Assembly (NCBI GenBank): GCA_003221005.1
Contig: QHTZ01000082.1
Span: forward strand, 1 to 46,442
Length of the DNA: 46,442 nt
Source of the DNA: Gemmatimonadota bacterium
GTDB lineage: Bacteria > Gemmatimonadota > Gemmatimonadetes > Gemmatimonadales > GWC2-71-9
Reading direction: 5' to 3'
The position numbers and the translations under genes are program-made. Below the pieces are notes generated by a model. That model searched no databases, had not been told where the DNA came from, and saw only the letters and a program-made list of their open reading frames with translations. Below, piece by piece: positions 37,099 through 44,337 of the stretch. How positions within the stretch are numbered: the first letter of the stretch is position 1; each line of letters opens with the position of its first letter.

Positions 37099-37156
37099 CC
37101 GCATCGCGCCCCGCCAGCTCGTATCTCGGGGGTGACGGACTCGTTAAATTCCTGTA

Positions 37157-40100
37157 GTGAGCGAGTTCGTCTTCGGTACCCACAATGCGGCGTTCGTGCA
37201 GGTGATGTACGAGCAGTACCTGCGCGATCCGCAGTCGGTCGGGGAAGAGTGGCGTAACCTCTTTGACAACGGTCGGGTCGCCGACCTGCCGGTAATCCCG
37301 ACGAGCCGGGAAGAAGTGCTGCGGGACGAGGGACGAGGGACGAGGGACGGGTCGGTCGTCACCGAGCCCGGGACCACCCGTCCCCCGTCCCCCGTCCCAC
37401 CTCCCCAGGGCCTCACGCCGATAACCGGCCCCGCAGCTCGCCTCGCCCAAAACATGACGGACTCTCTGTCCGTCCCCACGGCGACGTCGTTCCGCGACAT
37501 CGCCGCAGACGTGCTCGACGCGCAGCGGCGGCTGCTGAACGGCGCCCTGGCTGCCCGCGGGCTCAAGATCTCCTACACGCACCTCATCGGCTACGCCCTC
37601 GTACAGGCGGCGCGCGGCTTCCCGGTGATGACCCACGCCTTCCAGGAAGTCGAGGGCAAGCCGCACCGCTTCGATCCGCAGGCGGTGCATCTCGGTCTCG
37701 CCGTGGACGTCGAGAAGAAGGACGGCAGCCGCGCGCTCGTCGTCCCCGTGATCAAGCACGCCGAAGGGATGGATTTCGCGCAATTCCGCGCGGCCTACGA
37801 GACCCTGGTCGAGAAGGCTCGCGCCAACAAGCTGCTCCCCGACGACTTCGCCGGCGCGACCATCACGCTCACCAACCCCGGCACCCTCGGCACTTTCGCG
37901 TCGGTGCCGCGCCTCATGAAGGGTCAGGGCTCGATCATCGCGACCGGTACGATCCGCCAGATCGGCCCCGCGAAGGTCATGACGCTCACGAGCACCTACG
38001 ACCACCGCATCATCCAGGGCGCGGAGTCGGGGATGTTCCTGCGCAGAGTCGAGGGGCTGCTGCAAGGGGAGGACGAGTTCTACGGCTCGATTCTGGAGAG
38101 CCTAGGGTTGCAGGGACGTGGGACGCGGGACGTGGGACGGGTGGCGACGGTAACAGCTCCACCGACCCCGTCCCCCGTCCCCCGTCCCTCGTCCCTCGAC
38201 GATCTCAAGCACGTAGCAGCAGCCATGGCGCTCGTGAAAGCGATCCGCCATTTCGGGCACATGGCGGCGCGGCTCGACCCGCTCGGCTCCGCGCCCCCCG
38301 GCGACCCGGCGCTCGATCCCGGTCCGCTCGGCCTGACGCCCGAAATCATGGCGCGGATCCCGGCGGAGATCCTGCGCATCTACGTGCCGGGGGTCACCCT
38401 CGCCGACGCGTATCCGGAGCTGTTGCGCACCTACTGCGGCACGATCTCTTACGAGGTCGAGCACATCGGCAGCCACCAGGAGCGCCTCTGGTTGCGCCAC
38501 GTGATCGAGTCGGGGGAGCACCGCACGCCGCTCACGCCGGACGAGCGGCGCGAGTTGCTTGCGCGGCTGACGGCGGTGGAAACGCTCGAGCGCTTCCTGC
38601 ACCGTACCTATCTCGGGCAGAAGCGTTTTTCGATCGAGGGACTCGACATCCTCGTGCCGATGCTCGACCTCACGATCGAGCTCGCGGGCGCGGGCGGCGC
38701 CCGTCGCGTCGTGCTCGGCATGGCGCACCGCGGGCGCCTCAACGTGCTCGCCCACGTGGTAGGGCTCCCCTACGAGACGATCTTCGCCGAGTTCGAGGGA
38801 GGTAGGCACGTGGAAGAGACCCTCACCCCCGAGGGCGGCACCGGCGACGTGAAGTACCACCACGGCGCGGACGGAGTGTACCAGACGGCCGATGGCAAGC
38901 CGGTCAACGTCACCCTGTCGCCGAACCCGAGCCATCTGGAGGCGGTGAATCCGGTGGTCGAGGGCCGGGCCCGCGCCAACCAGACGAACCGCCGCGGCAA
39001 GGAGGCGTTCTCCGATGCCTCAGTCGCCCTCCCCGTGCTGATCCACGGCGACGCCTCGTTCGCGGCACAGGGCGTCGTGGCGGAGACGTTCAACCTCGCG
39101 CGGCTCAAGGGCTACACTACGGGCGGTACGATCCATCTCATCGCGAACAATCAGCTCGGCTTCACGACCGACGCCAAGCAGGCGCGCTCGACCGACTACG
39201 CGAGCGATCTCGCGAAGGGGTTCGACGTTCCCATCATCCATGTGAACGCGGACGATCCCGAGGCGTGCCTCGCGGCGGTGCGCCTGGCGCTCCGGTACCG
39301 GGCGGAGTTCAAGGGCGACGTGGTGATCGACGTCGTGGGGTACCGCCGCTACGGCCACAACGAGGGGGACGAGCCGGCGTACACGCAGCCGCTCATGTAC
39401 GAGAGGATCAAGGAGACGCCGACCGTGCGGCAGCGCTACGCCGAGCAGCTCGTCGCCGCCGGCGTGGTGGACGCGGCGCAGGTCGAGGCAGAGCCCCAGC
39501 AGTTCTACCAGCGGCTGAGCGAGATCCAGCAGTCCCTCAAGGCCCATCTCTCCGAGGACACGAAGGGCGAAGAGCCGCAGCGCATCTCGGGTGTGCAGCA
39601 GCTGGTCTCGGAGCCGGACACGCGGACGGCGCCGCAGCTCCTCACCAGCCTGAACCAGCAGCTGCTCGCGGTGCCCGACGGATTCACCGTGAACCCCAAG
39701 CTCCAGAGGCAGCTCGAGCGCCGGCGTGAGGCATTGACGCAGGGCGAGATCGACTGGGCGCACGCCGAGGCGCTGGCGTTCGCGTCGCTGTTGCAGGAGG
39801 GGATCTCGATCCGCCTCACCGGACAGGACACCGAGCGCGGCACCTTCAGCCAGCGCCACCTCGTGCTGCACGACATCCGCACCGGTCAGGGCTACGCGCC
39901 GATGCAGAACCTCGCCGGCGCGCGCGCGCCGTTCGAGCTGTACAACAGTCCGCTGTCCGAGTTCGCATGCCTCGGCTTCGAGTACGGGTACGCGGTGGCG
40001 GCGCCCGACGCGCTAGTGTTGTGGGAGGCGCAGTACGGCGATTTCACCAACGAAGCCGAAGTGATCATCGACCAGTTCCTCATCGCCGGGCTCGCGAAAT

Positions 40101-40780
40101 GGGGCCAGACCTCGCGGCTGGTGCTGCTCCTGCCCCACGGGTACGAGGGCCAGGGACCCGAGCACTCGAGCGCCCGCATCGAGCGGTTCCTCGCCTTGGG
40201 CGCCGACGGGAACATCCGGATCGCCAACTGCTCCACGCCGGCGCAATACTTCCATCTGCTGCGCCGCCAGGCGCGCCACACCGAGATCCGGCCGCTCGTG
40301 CTGTTCACGCCCAAGAGCCTGCTGCGGCTGCCGCAGGCGGCGTCCAAGCTCGAGGAGCTGACGGCGGGCGCGTTCCATGCTGTGCTGGACGACGCCGCGG
40401 CGGCGGAGCGGCGTGACGCCGTGCGCCGCCTCGTGCTGTGCAGCGGCAAGGTGTACTACGATCTCCTGCTGGCGCCGGCGCGTGCCAGCGCGACCACCGT
40501 GGCGGTCGGCCGCGTCGAGCTGATGTATCCCTTCCCCGAGGCGGAGCTCGCCGAGCTGGTGCGGCGGTACCCCAACCTCACAGAGATCGTGTGGGTGCAG
40601 GAGGAGCCGCGCAACATGGGTCCGCAGAAGTTCATGTTGCCGCAGCTGCGCGAGCTCGTCCCCGCGAGCATCGAGCTACGCCACATCGCGCGGCCCGAGC
40701 GCTCGAGCCCGGCCGAGGGGTACCCCGCAGCGCACCAGGCCGAGCAGGCGCGGATCGTGGCGGAGGCGTTCGCGACCTGA
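37157..40780 (+). CDS. sucA: Multifunctional 2-oxoglutarate dehydrogenase/decarboxylase (Kgd/OdhA-type E2o-like + E1o fusion)
   Basis: Acyltransferase-like domain (TLTNPG, YDHRIIQGAESG) followed by KRFSIEG, GMAHRGRLN, GDVKYH, HGDASFAAQG, GHNEGDEP and LPHGYEGQGPEHSSAR. Confidence 0.95.
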   Translation: MSEFVFGTHNAAFVQVMYEQYLRDPQSVGEEWRNLFDNGRVADLPVIPTSREEVLRDEGRGTRDGSVVTEPGTTRPPSPVPPPQGLTPITGPAARLAQNMTDSLSVPTATSFRDIAADVLDAQRRLLNGALAARGLKISYTHLIGYALVQAARGFPVMTHAFQEVEGKPHRFDPQAVHLGLAVDVEKKDGSRALVVPVIKHAEGMDFAQFRAAYETLVEKARANKLLPDDFAGATITLTNPGTLGTFASVPRLMKGQGSIIATGTIRQIGPAKVMTLTSTYDHRIIQGAESGMFLRRVEGLLQGEDEFYGSILESLGLQGRGTRDVGRVATVTAPPTPSPVPRPSSLDDLKHVAAAMALVKAIRHFGHMAARLDPLGSAPPGDPALDPGPLGLTPEIMARIPAEILRIYVPGVTLADAYPELLRTYCGTISYEVEHIGSHQERLWLRHVIESGEHRTPLTPDERRELLARLTAVETLERFLHRTYLGQKRFSIEGLDILVPMLDLTIELAGAGGARRVVLGMAHRGRLNVLAHVVGLPYETIFAEFEGGRHVEETLTPEGGTGDVKYHHGADGVYQTADGKPVNVTLSPNPSHLEAVNPVVEGRARANQTNRRGKEAFSDASVALPVLIHGDASFAAQGVVAETFNLARLKGYTTGGTIHLIANNQLGFTTDAKQARSTDYASDLAKGFDVPIIHVNADDPEACLAAVRLALRYRAEFKGDVVIDVVGYRRYGHNEGDEPAYTQPLMYERIKETPTVRQRYAEQLVAAGVVDAAQVEAEPQQFYQRLSEIQQSLKAHLSEDTKGEEPQRISGVQQLVSEPDTRTAPQLLTSLNQQLLAVPDGFTVNPKLQRQLERRREALTQGEIDWAHAEALAFASLLQEGISIRLTGQDTERGTFSQRHLVLHDIRTGQGYAPMQNLAGARAPFELYNSPLSEFACLGFEYGYAVAAPDALVLWEAQYGDFTNEAEVIIDQFLIAGLAKWGQTSRLVLLLPHGYEGQGPEHSSARIERFLALGADGNIRIANCSTPAQYFHLLRRQARHTEIRPLVLFTPKSLLRLPQAASKLEELTAGAFHAVLDDAAAAERRDAVRRLVLCSGKVYYDLLLAPARASATTVAVGRVELMYPFPEAELAELVRRYPNLTEIVWVQEEPRNMGPQKFMLPQLRELVPASIELRHIARPERSSPAEGYPAAHQAEQARIVAEAFAT
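37323..37398. repeat. Inverted 7-nt tandem repeats in frame in sucA linker 1
   Basis: (GGGACGA)3GGGACGG ... (CCGTCCC)3. Confidence 0.9.
38113..38195. repeat. Inverted 7-nt tandem repeats in frame in sucA linker 2
   Basis: GGGACGT GGGACGC GGGACGT GGGACGG ... (CCGTCCC)3 TCGTCCC. Confidence 0.9.
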
Positions 40781-41343
40781 CGCCCTACGCCATCGCCCGG
40801 TTCGCCGTCTTCGCCGTCTTCTGCCTGTCGCTCGTCGTCGCGCTGGCGGGCTGGTTGGTGCGCACGCGGCGTGTCTCGCCGTTCAGCGCGCTCGGCCGCA
40901 CACTGCGCTCGCTGAGCGAGCCGTTCACTGGATCGATCGAGCGCCGCCTGACGCGGGCCGGGGGCAATCCCGTGCACGCGGGATGGTGGCTCGTGATCGG
41001 CGTCGCGGTGACAGGTGTGCTGCTCCTGTCGCTGCTCGAGTGGCTCACGCGCGTGGCGGCCGAGGTGTTCGGAGCGGCCGCGGGCGGCCCTCGTAGTCTG
41101 CTGCGCCTCGGCGTGGCGCTCGCGTACGACATCCTGGTCGTCGCCCTGCTGGTGCGGGTCATCGGCTCCTGGCTCGGGATGTTCCGCTACTCCCGCTGGA
41201 TGCGCCCGGCCTACGCCCTCACCGACTGGCTGGTGGGCCCGATCAGCCGCGTCCTACCCCAGATGGGAATGTTCGACTGGAGCCCGCTCGCGGCGTGGCT
41301 CGTCCTCTGGGTGCTGCGGCAATTGCTCTTCTCCGTGATCTGA
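40777..41343 (+). CDS. yggT: YggT family membrane protein (two YGGT-like halves); start uncertain, possibly CTG at 40777
   Basis: LVRVIGSW, LTDWLVGPISRVLP and FDWSPLAA. Followed by yggU. Confidence 0.82.
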   Translation: MTPYAIARFAVFAVFCLSLVVALAGWLVRTRRVSPFSALGRTLRSLSEPFTGSIERRLTRAGGNPVHAGWWLVIGVAVTGVLLLSLLEWLTRVAAEVFGAAAGGPRSLLRLGVALAYDILVVALLVRVIGSWLGMFRYSRWMRPAYALTDWLVGPISRVLPQMGMFDWSPLAAWLVLWVLRQLLFSVI

Positions 41344-41345
41344 CG

Positions 41346-41615
41346 ATGGCGACGATCTCGCTCCACGTCGTCCCCCGCGCCCGCGCCACGGCAGTGGCGG
41401 GGAAGCACGGTGACGCGGTGCGAATCCGGATCGCGGCGCCACCGGTGAACGGCGCGGCGAACGCCGAGCTGGTGCGCTACCTGGCGGCGCGGCTGGGCGT
41501 CGCAACCGGCCGGATCACGATCGTGGCCGGAGCCGGCGGGCGCCGCAAGACCGTGGCGGTGGAAGGCATGGAACGGGAGCGCATCGAGCGAGCGCTGCTC
41601 GAGGACGCGCCGTGA
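41346..41615 (+). CDS. yggU: DUF167/YggU family protein
   Basis: HVVPRA, IAAPPVNGAANAELVRYLA and GAGGRRK. Confidence 0.9.
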   Translation: MATISLHVVPRARATAVAGKHGDAVRIRIAAPPVNGAANAELVRYLAARLGVATGRITIVAGAGGRRKTVAVEGMERERIERALLEDAP

Positions 41616-41764
41616 GACTTCTCAAGACGCTCGTCAACCTCGTCGTCGCGACCCTCGTCGGTGCGCTCGGCGACAAGCTGTTCGGCGCATGGGGCATGGT
41701 GCTCGGCTTCATCGCGGGCGGCCTCGCCGCCTGGTGGGTGGCGCGGCGAATGTTCGACAGCTAG
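41612..41764 (+). CDS. 50-aa small two-helix membrane protein (not in ORF track)
   Basis: GTG overlaps the yggU stop and has a GAGGA SD. Translation: MRLLKTLVNLVVATLVGALGDKLFGAWGMVLGFIAGGLAAWWVARRMFDS. Confidence 0.75.
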   Translation: MRLLKTLVNLVVATLVGALGDKLFGAWGMVLGFIAGGLAAWWVARRMFDS

Positions 41765-41836
41765 ACGTCAGACATCAGACGTCAGACGTCAGAGGCGGGC
41801 CTGCTGATGTCTGAAGTCTGATGTCTGACGTCCGAT
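41762..41836. repeat. Inverted 7-nt tandem repeats (TCAGACG family) overlapping the cydB 3' end
   Basis: TAGACGTCAGACATCAGACGTCAGACGTCAG ... CTGATGTCTGAAGTCTGATGTCTGACGTCCGATGT. Confidence 0.9.
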
Positions 41837-42837
41837 GTTCTCTTGAACACTCGAAACAACAAATACAGCGACGGGAACAGCACGATCGCGCCGAGCACCA
41901 GTGCGCCGAGGGCGAGGCGCAGCGTGGCGTCGGGGGCGGCGACGTCGGCGATCGCGAGGTCGGGTGGGAGGATGTCGGGGTACTGGCTGAGCGGCCACCC
42001 CCAGAAGATCAGCGTCACCTGGCCCGCGGCGGCGATGCGGGCGATGCGATAGTGCCGCCGCGATAACGCGCCGAGCGCCGTGACCGCGGCGACGCCGGTG
42101 AGGAGATGCAGCGGCAGGGCCCAGGGCGCAAAGACCAGGTCATCCAGGAGGCTGGGAGCGCCGCCGCGCGCGAGGAGCAGCACTGCGACGGCCGCGAAGA
42201 ACAGCGCCACTCCGGCGCCGAGCGCCCGGCGGCGGAAGTCCTCCCGCAGCGGCTGGTCCTCCGTTTCGAGCGTCAGATAGACGGCCGCGAGAAACGCGAA
42301 CGCCACGAGCGCAAACACCCCGACCGAGAGCGCAAACGGCGCGAGCCACGGCGCGACGTAGATGGAGTAGAACCCGTCCCCCGTCCCTCGTCCCCCGTCC
42401 CCGATCGCGCCCGACGCGATCGCTCCTACGGCGGTCCCGAGCAGCAGCGGCGTGATGAGGCTCGCGCTCGCGAACAGTCGCCCCCACCGGCGCTGCACCG
42501 CGTCGCGCTGCCCGCCGTAGCTACGAAACGCGAACGCGGAACCGCGCAGCACGATCCCGATCAGCACCAGCGAGAACGGGATGTGCAGCCGGATACCGAG
42601 CTCGGCGAATGCCGCCGGAAAGCAGGTGAACAGCAGGACGATCGCGAGGATGAGCCAGACGTGGTTCGCCTCCCACACGGGACCGATCGCGTGCGCGACG
42701 AGCTCGCGTTGCTGTGTCTTACGCGGACCGCTCGCGAGCAGGTCCCAAACGCCGCCGCCGAAATCTGCGCCCGCGAGCAATACGTAGGCGTTTAGCGCTA
42801 CGACGATGATGCCGGCGAGCAGGTCGGCGAGCGTCAC
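41782..42837 (-). CDS. cydB: Cytochrome bd oxidase subunit II
   Basis: GADFGGG, IGPVWEANHVWL and LRGSAFAFR. GTG overlaps the cydA stop. Confidence 0.92.
   Translation of the reverse strand: MTLADLLAGIIVVALNAYVLLAGADFGGGVWDLLASGPRKTQQRELVAHAIGPVWEANHVWLILAIVLLFTCFPAAFAELGIRLHIPFSLVLIGIVLRGSAFAFRSYGGQRDAVQRRWGRLFASASLITPLLLGTAVGAIASGAIGDGGRGTGDGFYSIYVAPWLAPFALSVGVFALVAFAFLAAVYLTLETEDQPLREDFRRRALGAGVALFFAAVAVLLLARGGAPSLLDDLVFAPWALPLHLLTGVAAVTALGALSRRHYRIARIAAAGQVTLIFWGWPLSQYPDILPPDLAIADVAAPDATLRLALGALVLGAIVLFPSLYLLFRVFKRTSDVRHQTSDISRPASDV
42374..42401 (-). repeat. Single-arm 7-nt tandem repeat in frame in a cydB loop
   Basis: Four GGGACGR units on the minus strand, encoding GDGGRGTGDG. Confidence 0.8.
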
Positions 42838-44135
42838 CCGTCCCCCGCGTGCGTCACGAACGTCCACACCTCCTCCGGCACCTTCGGACTGCGCACGATG
42901 TGACGATAGAGGAGCCACGCCACGATCACGCCGAGAAAACAGTACAGCAGCGTGAATACGACGAGCGGCACCATGAGCCCGGGCATCGGCGTCACCGCAT
43001 CCCGCGTCCGCAGTACGCCATAGATCGCCCACGGCTGGCGCCCCAGCTCCGTCGCGATCCACCCGGCCTCGGTCGCGATGAACCCCATGGGTGTAGCGAG
43101 CGCGACCGCGCGCATGAGCCACCGATGCTCGGCCAGGGCTTCACGTCTCTCGTTTCCCGTTTCCCGCTTCCCGGTCTTGATCGCAACCCATCCTGCCCAA
43201 AGCGCCACGCCCGCCATGTAGCTCCCCAGTGCGACCATCAACTGAAACGACCAGTGCACCGCGGGGACGTTCGGCCAGTCCTCGCGCGGCACGGCGTCCA
43301 GTCCCTTCACGACGGCGTTCGGGTCGTGGAAGGCGAGCAGCGAGAGGCCGTAGGGGATCCGGATCGCGTAGCGCGTCACCCGCGCCTCTACGTCGGGCCA
43401 GCCGCCGAGCACGAGTGGCGCGCCGGCCTCGGTGTGGAACACCGCCTCCATCGCGGCGAGCTTGGCGGGCTGATTGCGCGCCACCTGGCGGGCCGCGAAA
43501 TCGCCCGCGAGCGGCTGCAGCACGGCGGCCGGCCCGCCCACGAGCAGCGCGATCGTCAGGGCGCGGCGGTGGAAGGCGTTGGTCGGATCTTTCAGCAGCA
43601 GGAATGCGTGGATGCCGGCGACGGCGAACCCCGTGGCCGCATACGCCGCGAGCGTCATATGAATCGTCTGTGACAGCGCCGCGGGGTTCAGCATGGCGGC
43701 GATGGGGTCCACCTGCACCACCGCGCCGCGTACCAGCGTGAACCCCGCCGGGGTGTTCATCCACGCATTCGCGATCACGACGAAGATCCCCGACGCCGCC
43801 CCGCTCACCGCCACGAGCAGCCCGGCCGCGAGGTGGGCGCGGGGGCGGATGCGCTCCCAGCCGTACAGGTAAATGCCGAGGAAGATCGCCCCGGGCCACA
43901 AGAGCCCCAGCTCGAACGACAGCACCGTCCCGGACACCGCACCCACGGCGAACAGGATCGCCGTTCCCTTGGCCCAGCGCTGTGCCAGCTCGAGGTAGAT
44001 CTCGTCTCGCGTGATGAGCCAGCGCCGCTCCGCCACGACCATGAGCAGCGGCATCCCGATCCCGACGAGCGCGAAGATGATGTGGAACGCGAGGGAGATT
44101 CCCATCTGCGAGCGAGCGGCGAGGAGGTCGGACAT
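42834..44135 (-). CDS. cydA: Cytochrome bd oxidase subunit I, short Q-loop, with an apparent in-frame internal deletion
   Basis: AFHIIF, ANAWMNTP, QPAKLAAME, FQLM and EAGWIATELGRQPW. The segment between LLWPG and AIFLG is missing. Confidence 0.9.
   Translation of the reverse strand: MSDLLAARSQMGISLAFHIIFALVGIGMPLLMVVAERRWLITRDEIYLELAQRWAKGTAILFAVGAVSGTVLSFELGLLWPGAIFLGIYLYGWERIRPRAHLAAGLLVAVSGAASGIFVVIANAWMNTPAGFTLVRGAVVQVDPIAAMLNPAALSQTIHMTLAAYAATGFAVAGIHAFLLLKDPTNAFHRRALTIALLVGGPAAVLQPLAGDFAARQVARNQPAKLAAMEAVFHTEAGAPLVLGGWPDVEARVTRYAIRIPYGLSLLAFHDPNAVVKGLDAVPREDWPNVPAVHWSFQLMVALGSYMAGVALWAGWVAIKTGKRETGNERREALAEHRWLMRAVALATPMGFIATEAGWIATELGRQPWAIYGVLRTRDAVTPMPGLMVPLVVFTLLYCFLGVIVAWLLYRHIVRSPKVPEEVWTFVTHAGDG
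43144..43173 (-). repeat. Single-arm 7-nt tandem repeat in frame in a cydA loop
   Basis: Minus strand GGGAAGC GGGAAAC GGGAAAC GAGAGAC, encoding GKRETGNERR. Confidence 0.75.
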
Positions 44136-44212
44136 GGGCTACAACATAAAGGCGTGGTGCGCGCCTTTCAGTCCTTGCATCGGATCGCTAAGTTATAGAC
44201 CGACATCGGTTC

Positions 44213-44264
44213 TCCGTGGCGATTTGCGGCGTATTGCGGCCACGTAAAACAATCCGCTAAAAGG
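44213..44264 (+). ncRNA. SAM-II (SAM_alpha) riboswitch aptamer
   Basis: P1 CGTGGC(44215-20)/GCCACG(44239-44), GATTTG, ATTG/CAAT pairing and 3' GCTAAA(44256-61). Lies upstream of a methionine synthesis gene. Confidence 0.88.
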
Positions 44265-44268
44265 CCGG

Positions 44269-44307
44269 CCCGTTGCGGCTTTCTGCGCTGTGACGGGATT
44301 TCGTTTT
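44269..44307 (+). terminator. Putative terminator / expression platform of the riboswitch
   Basis: CCCGTTGCGGC/GCTGTGACGGG 11-bp stem with three G-U pairs, then ATTTCGTTTT. Confidence 0.6.
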
Positions 44308-44309
44308 GT

Positions 44310-44337
44310 GGGAAACGGGAAAGGGGAAACGGGAAAG
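44310..44337 (+). repeat. Single-arm 7-nt tandem repeat abutting the yitJ start codon
   Basis: GGGAAAC GGGAAAG GGGAAAC GGGAAAG, then GTG. Confidence 0.85.

Noticed and set aside
21489-41836. Repeat elements as a CRISPR array
   Set aside because: Units are 7-10 nt and contiguous, with no regular unique spacers and no cas genes.
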